A model generated the notes under the pieces. The model saw only the letters and a program-made list of their open reading frames with translations, did no database searches and was not told where the DNA came from. 64,000 nt of DNA, from NCBI GenBank assembly GCA_965199855.1, contig OZ241326.1, forward strand, positions 1,088,001-1,152,000. The letters run 5' to 3'. Below, piece by piece: positions 62,452 to 64,000 of the stretch (the first letter of the stretch is position 1; the number at the start of each line of letters is the position of its first letter). This stretch comes from a bacterium (GTDB lineage: Bacteria > UBA8248). The position numbers and the translations under genes were made by a program.

Positions 62452-63483
62452 CTAGCCCATCAGCATGGCGTCTCCGTAGCTGTAGAACCGGTAGCCTTCC
62501 CGAACGGCCTCGGCGTAGGCGCGCAGAAGTCTCTCCCTTCCCGCGAAGGCCGCCGCGAGCACGAGCAGGGTCGAGCGCGGCAGGTGGAAGTTCGTCAGTA
62601 GCATGTCCGTCATCCGAAAGCGGAACCCCGGCCGGATGAACAGGCGCGCGCTGAACTCTCCCGGCTTCAGGATTGCGCCCCGCGCCGCCGCCTCGATATG
62701 CGCGGATTCCAGCGCCCGCACCACCGTCGTCCCCACGGCCAGGAGGCGCCCGCCGCCCGCCTTCGTCTCGTGGATGGCGGAGACGGCCTCCTCCGTCAGG
62801 ACGCACGCTTCCGGCTCCATCTCGTGTTCTTCGATGTTTTCCGCCTGAACGGGCCGGAACGTTCCGGCCCCCACGTGGAGGGTGAGCCTGGCGGCGCGGA
62901 CGCCCGCGTCTGATATCTCCTTCAGCATTTTCGCGCTCAGGTGCAGGCCCGCCGTCGGGGCGGCCGCCGCCCCCGGGTTTCGCGCGAAAACGGTTTGATA
63001 GCGCTCCTTGTCGATGGCCTCGGCGCCTCTGCCCAGATAGGGCGGAATCGGCATCTCTCCAAAGGATTCCAGCCATTCGGGGAGATCGCGCGAGGAGGAG
63101 AATTCGAGCTCCCGCTCCCGGCCCGGAGGCCCGAGAACGGCGCGATGCGCCTCGTCGAAGACGATGGTTTCCCCTTCTTTCAGGGGACGATTGGCGCGCG
63201 CCATGGCGCGGAACCTCCCGGGGGAGAGCTGCTCGAGCAGCAGCACTTCCGCCCGCCCGCCGCTTTCGCGCCTGCCGCGAAGTCTCCAGGGGTTCACCTT
63301 CGTTTCGTTCAGGACGAGCAGATCGCCGGGACGCAGAAGGCGCGGCAGGTCGGCGACGCCGAGATGCTCAGCCGCTTCGCCCGCTTCGGGGAGATGAAGG
63401 AGTCTGGCGTCTTCCCGGTTCGGCGGCGGGTATCGGGCGATGAGGCTCCGGGGCAGGCGGTAGTCGAAATCGGCCAGTTTCAT
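62452..63483 (-). CDS. queA: SAM:tRNA ribosyltransferase-isomerase
   Basis: DFDY.LP, PPY, RYQTVFA, AAPTAGLH, LHVGAGTF, TNFHLP.S and YRFYSYGDAM motifs. Confidence 0.97.
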   Translation of the reverse strand: MKLADFDYRLPRSLIARYPPPNREDARLLHLPEAGEAAEHLGVADLPRLLRPGDLLVLNETKVNPWRLRGRRESGGRAEVLLLEQLSPGRFRAMARANRPLKEGETIVFDEAHRAVLGPPGRERELEFSSSRDLPEWLESFGEMPIPPYLGRGAEAIDKERYQTVFARNPGAAAAPTAGLHLSAKMLKEISDAGVRAARLTLHVGAGTFRPVQAENIEEHEMEPEACVLTEEAVSAIHETKAGGGRLLAVGTTVVRALESAHIEAAARGAILKPGEFSARLFIRPGFRFRMTDMLLTNFHLPRSTLLVLAAAFAGRERLLRAYAEAVREGYRFYSYGDAMLMG

Positions 63484-63517
63484 GCGCTTCACGAAGAAGG
63501 ATTCACTGCCCCGCGGC

Positions 63518-64000
63518 TTAGCGCCTTTCGACCGCTTCATCGGGACGTGAGGGAGCGATGTCCGCCTGCGCCCCGACTTTTTGTTCCGGGTGGAAGAGCT
63601 TCCACATCGCCTGCCGCAGAACGCCCCGCATCACCCGAATCTCCCTCTCGTCCGGCCCGAGCCTGTCAAGCATCCTCCGAAACGCGCGCGCCACGCGGTC
63701 CGGATCGTTGTGGGGGACGAAGCCTATCCGCGCCATGGATTCCAGCAGATGATCCACGAGGCCCTCGATTTCCTCGCGCGAGGCGCGCCGGCGCTCTTCC
63801 GGATGGTTCGGTCGCCCGCCGTCCGCCAGGGGCGGAACTCCCGCCTGTTCCGCGCTGAAAAGCTCCCACAGAACGACCAGGACGGCCTGGGAGAGATTGA
63901 ACGATTCGCCGCCGGGCAGGGCCGGGATGATCAGCCTCTCCTGGCACAGGCTCAGCTCCTCCGTGAACAGGCCTTTGTCCTCCGGTCCGAACACCAGTCC
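63518..64000 (-). CDS. TrmJ/LasT SPOUT RNA methyltransferase (5'-truncated by window edge)
   Basis: FGPEDKGL and SFNLSQAV motifs. Confidence 0.85.
   Translation of the reverse strand, partial: GLVFGPEDKGLFTEELSLCQERLIIPALPGGESFNLSQAVLVVLWELFSAEQAGVPPLADGGRPNHPEERRRASREEIEGLVDHLLESMARIGFVPHNDPDRVARAFRRMLDRLGPDEREIRVMRGVLRQAMWKLFHPEQKVGAQADIAPSRPDEAVERR

Overview
High-GC bacterial chromosomal window, mostly core genes: exbBD, rplM-rpsI, argC-argJ, rpsB-tsf-pyrH-frr-uppS-cdsA-dxr-pgpA-cinA-thpR-recA, fmt-rsmB-PASTA-rpe, ffh-rpsP-rimM-trmD-rplS, rnhB-yraN, valS-birA-coaX, tolC-ruvX-mltG, ribF, tRNA-Leu(CAG), a clpB-dnaK-dnaJ-hspR-htpX-grpE-dnaJ heat-shock cluster, rpoZ, HU and queA. The gene order resembles deltaproteobacterial or Nitrospinota-type genomes (inference only). 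The main signal the ORF track misses is two convergent selenoprotein genes whose stops are 16 bp apart. One is an ArsC/Spx-like redoxin with a U-K-T-C motif (48240-48590, +). The other is a radical SAM enzyme with a C-U-A-E-P tail (48607-50061, -). Each in-frame UGA is followed by a SECIS-like hairpin with an NGUU loop. The pair is flanked by an IscA/HesB Fe-S carrier and a MarR-LLM-cyclase unit. Also notable: a PabI-family restriction DNA glycosylase with two methyltransferases after recA, with apparent GTAC avoidance across the window; a TylF methyltransferase bracketed by a duplication of the argC start; a perfect parS palindrome beside a REP mosaic; and a RomR/PopZ-like pseudo-receiver protein upstream of valS. 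All calls come from reading the sequence by eye; no searches were run.
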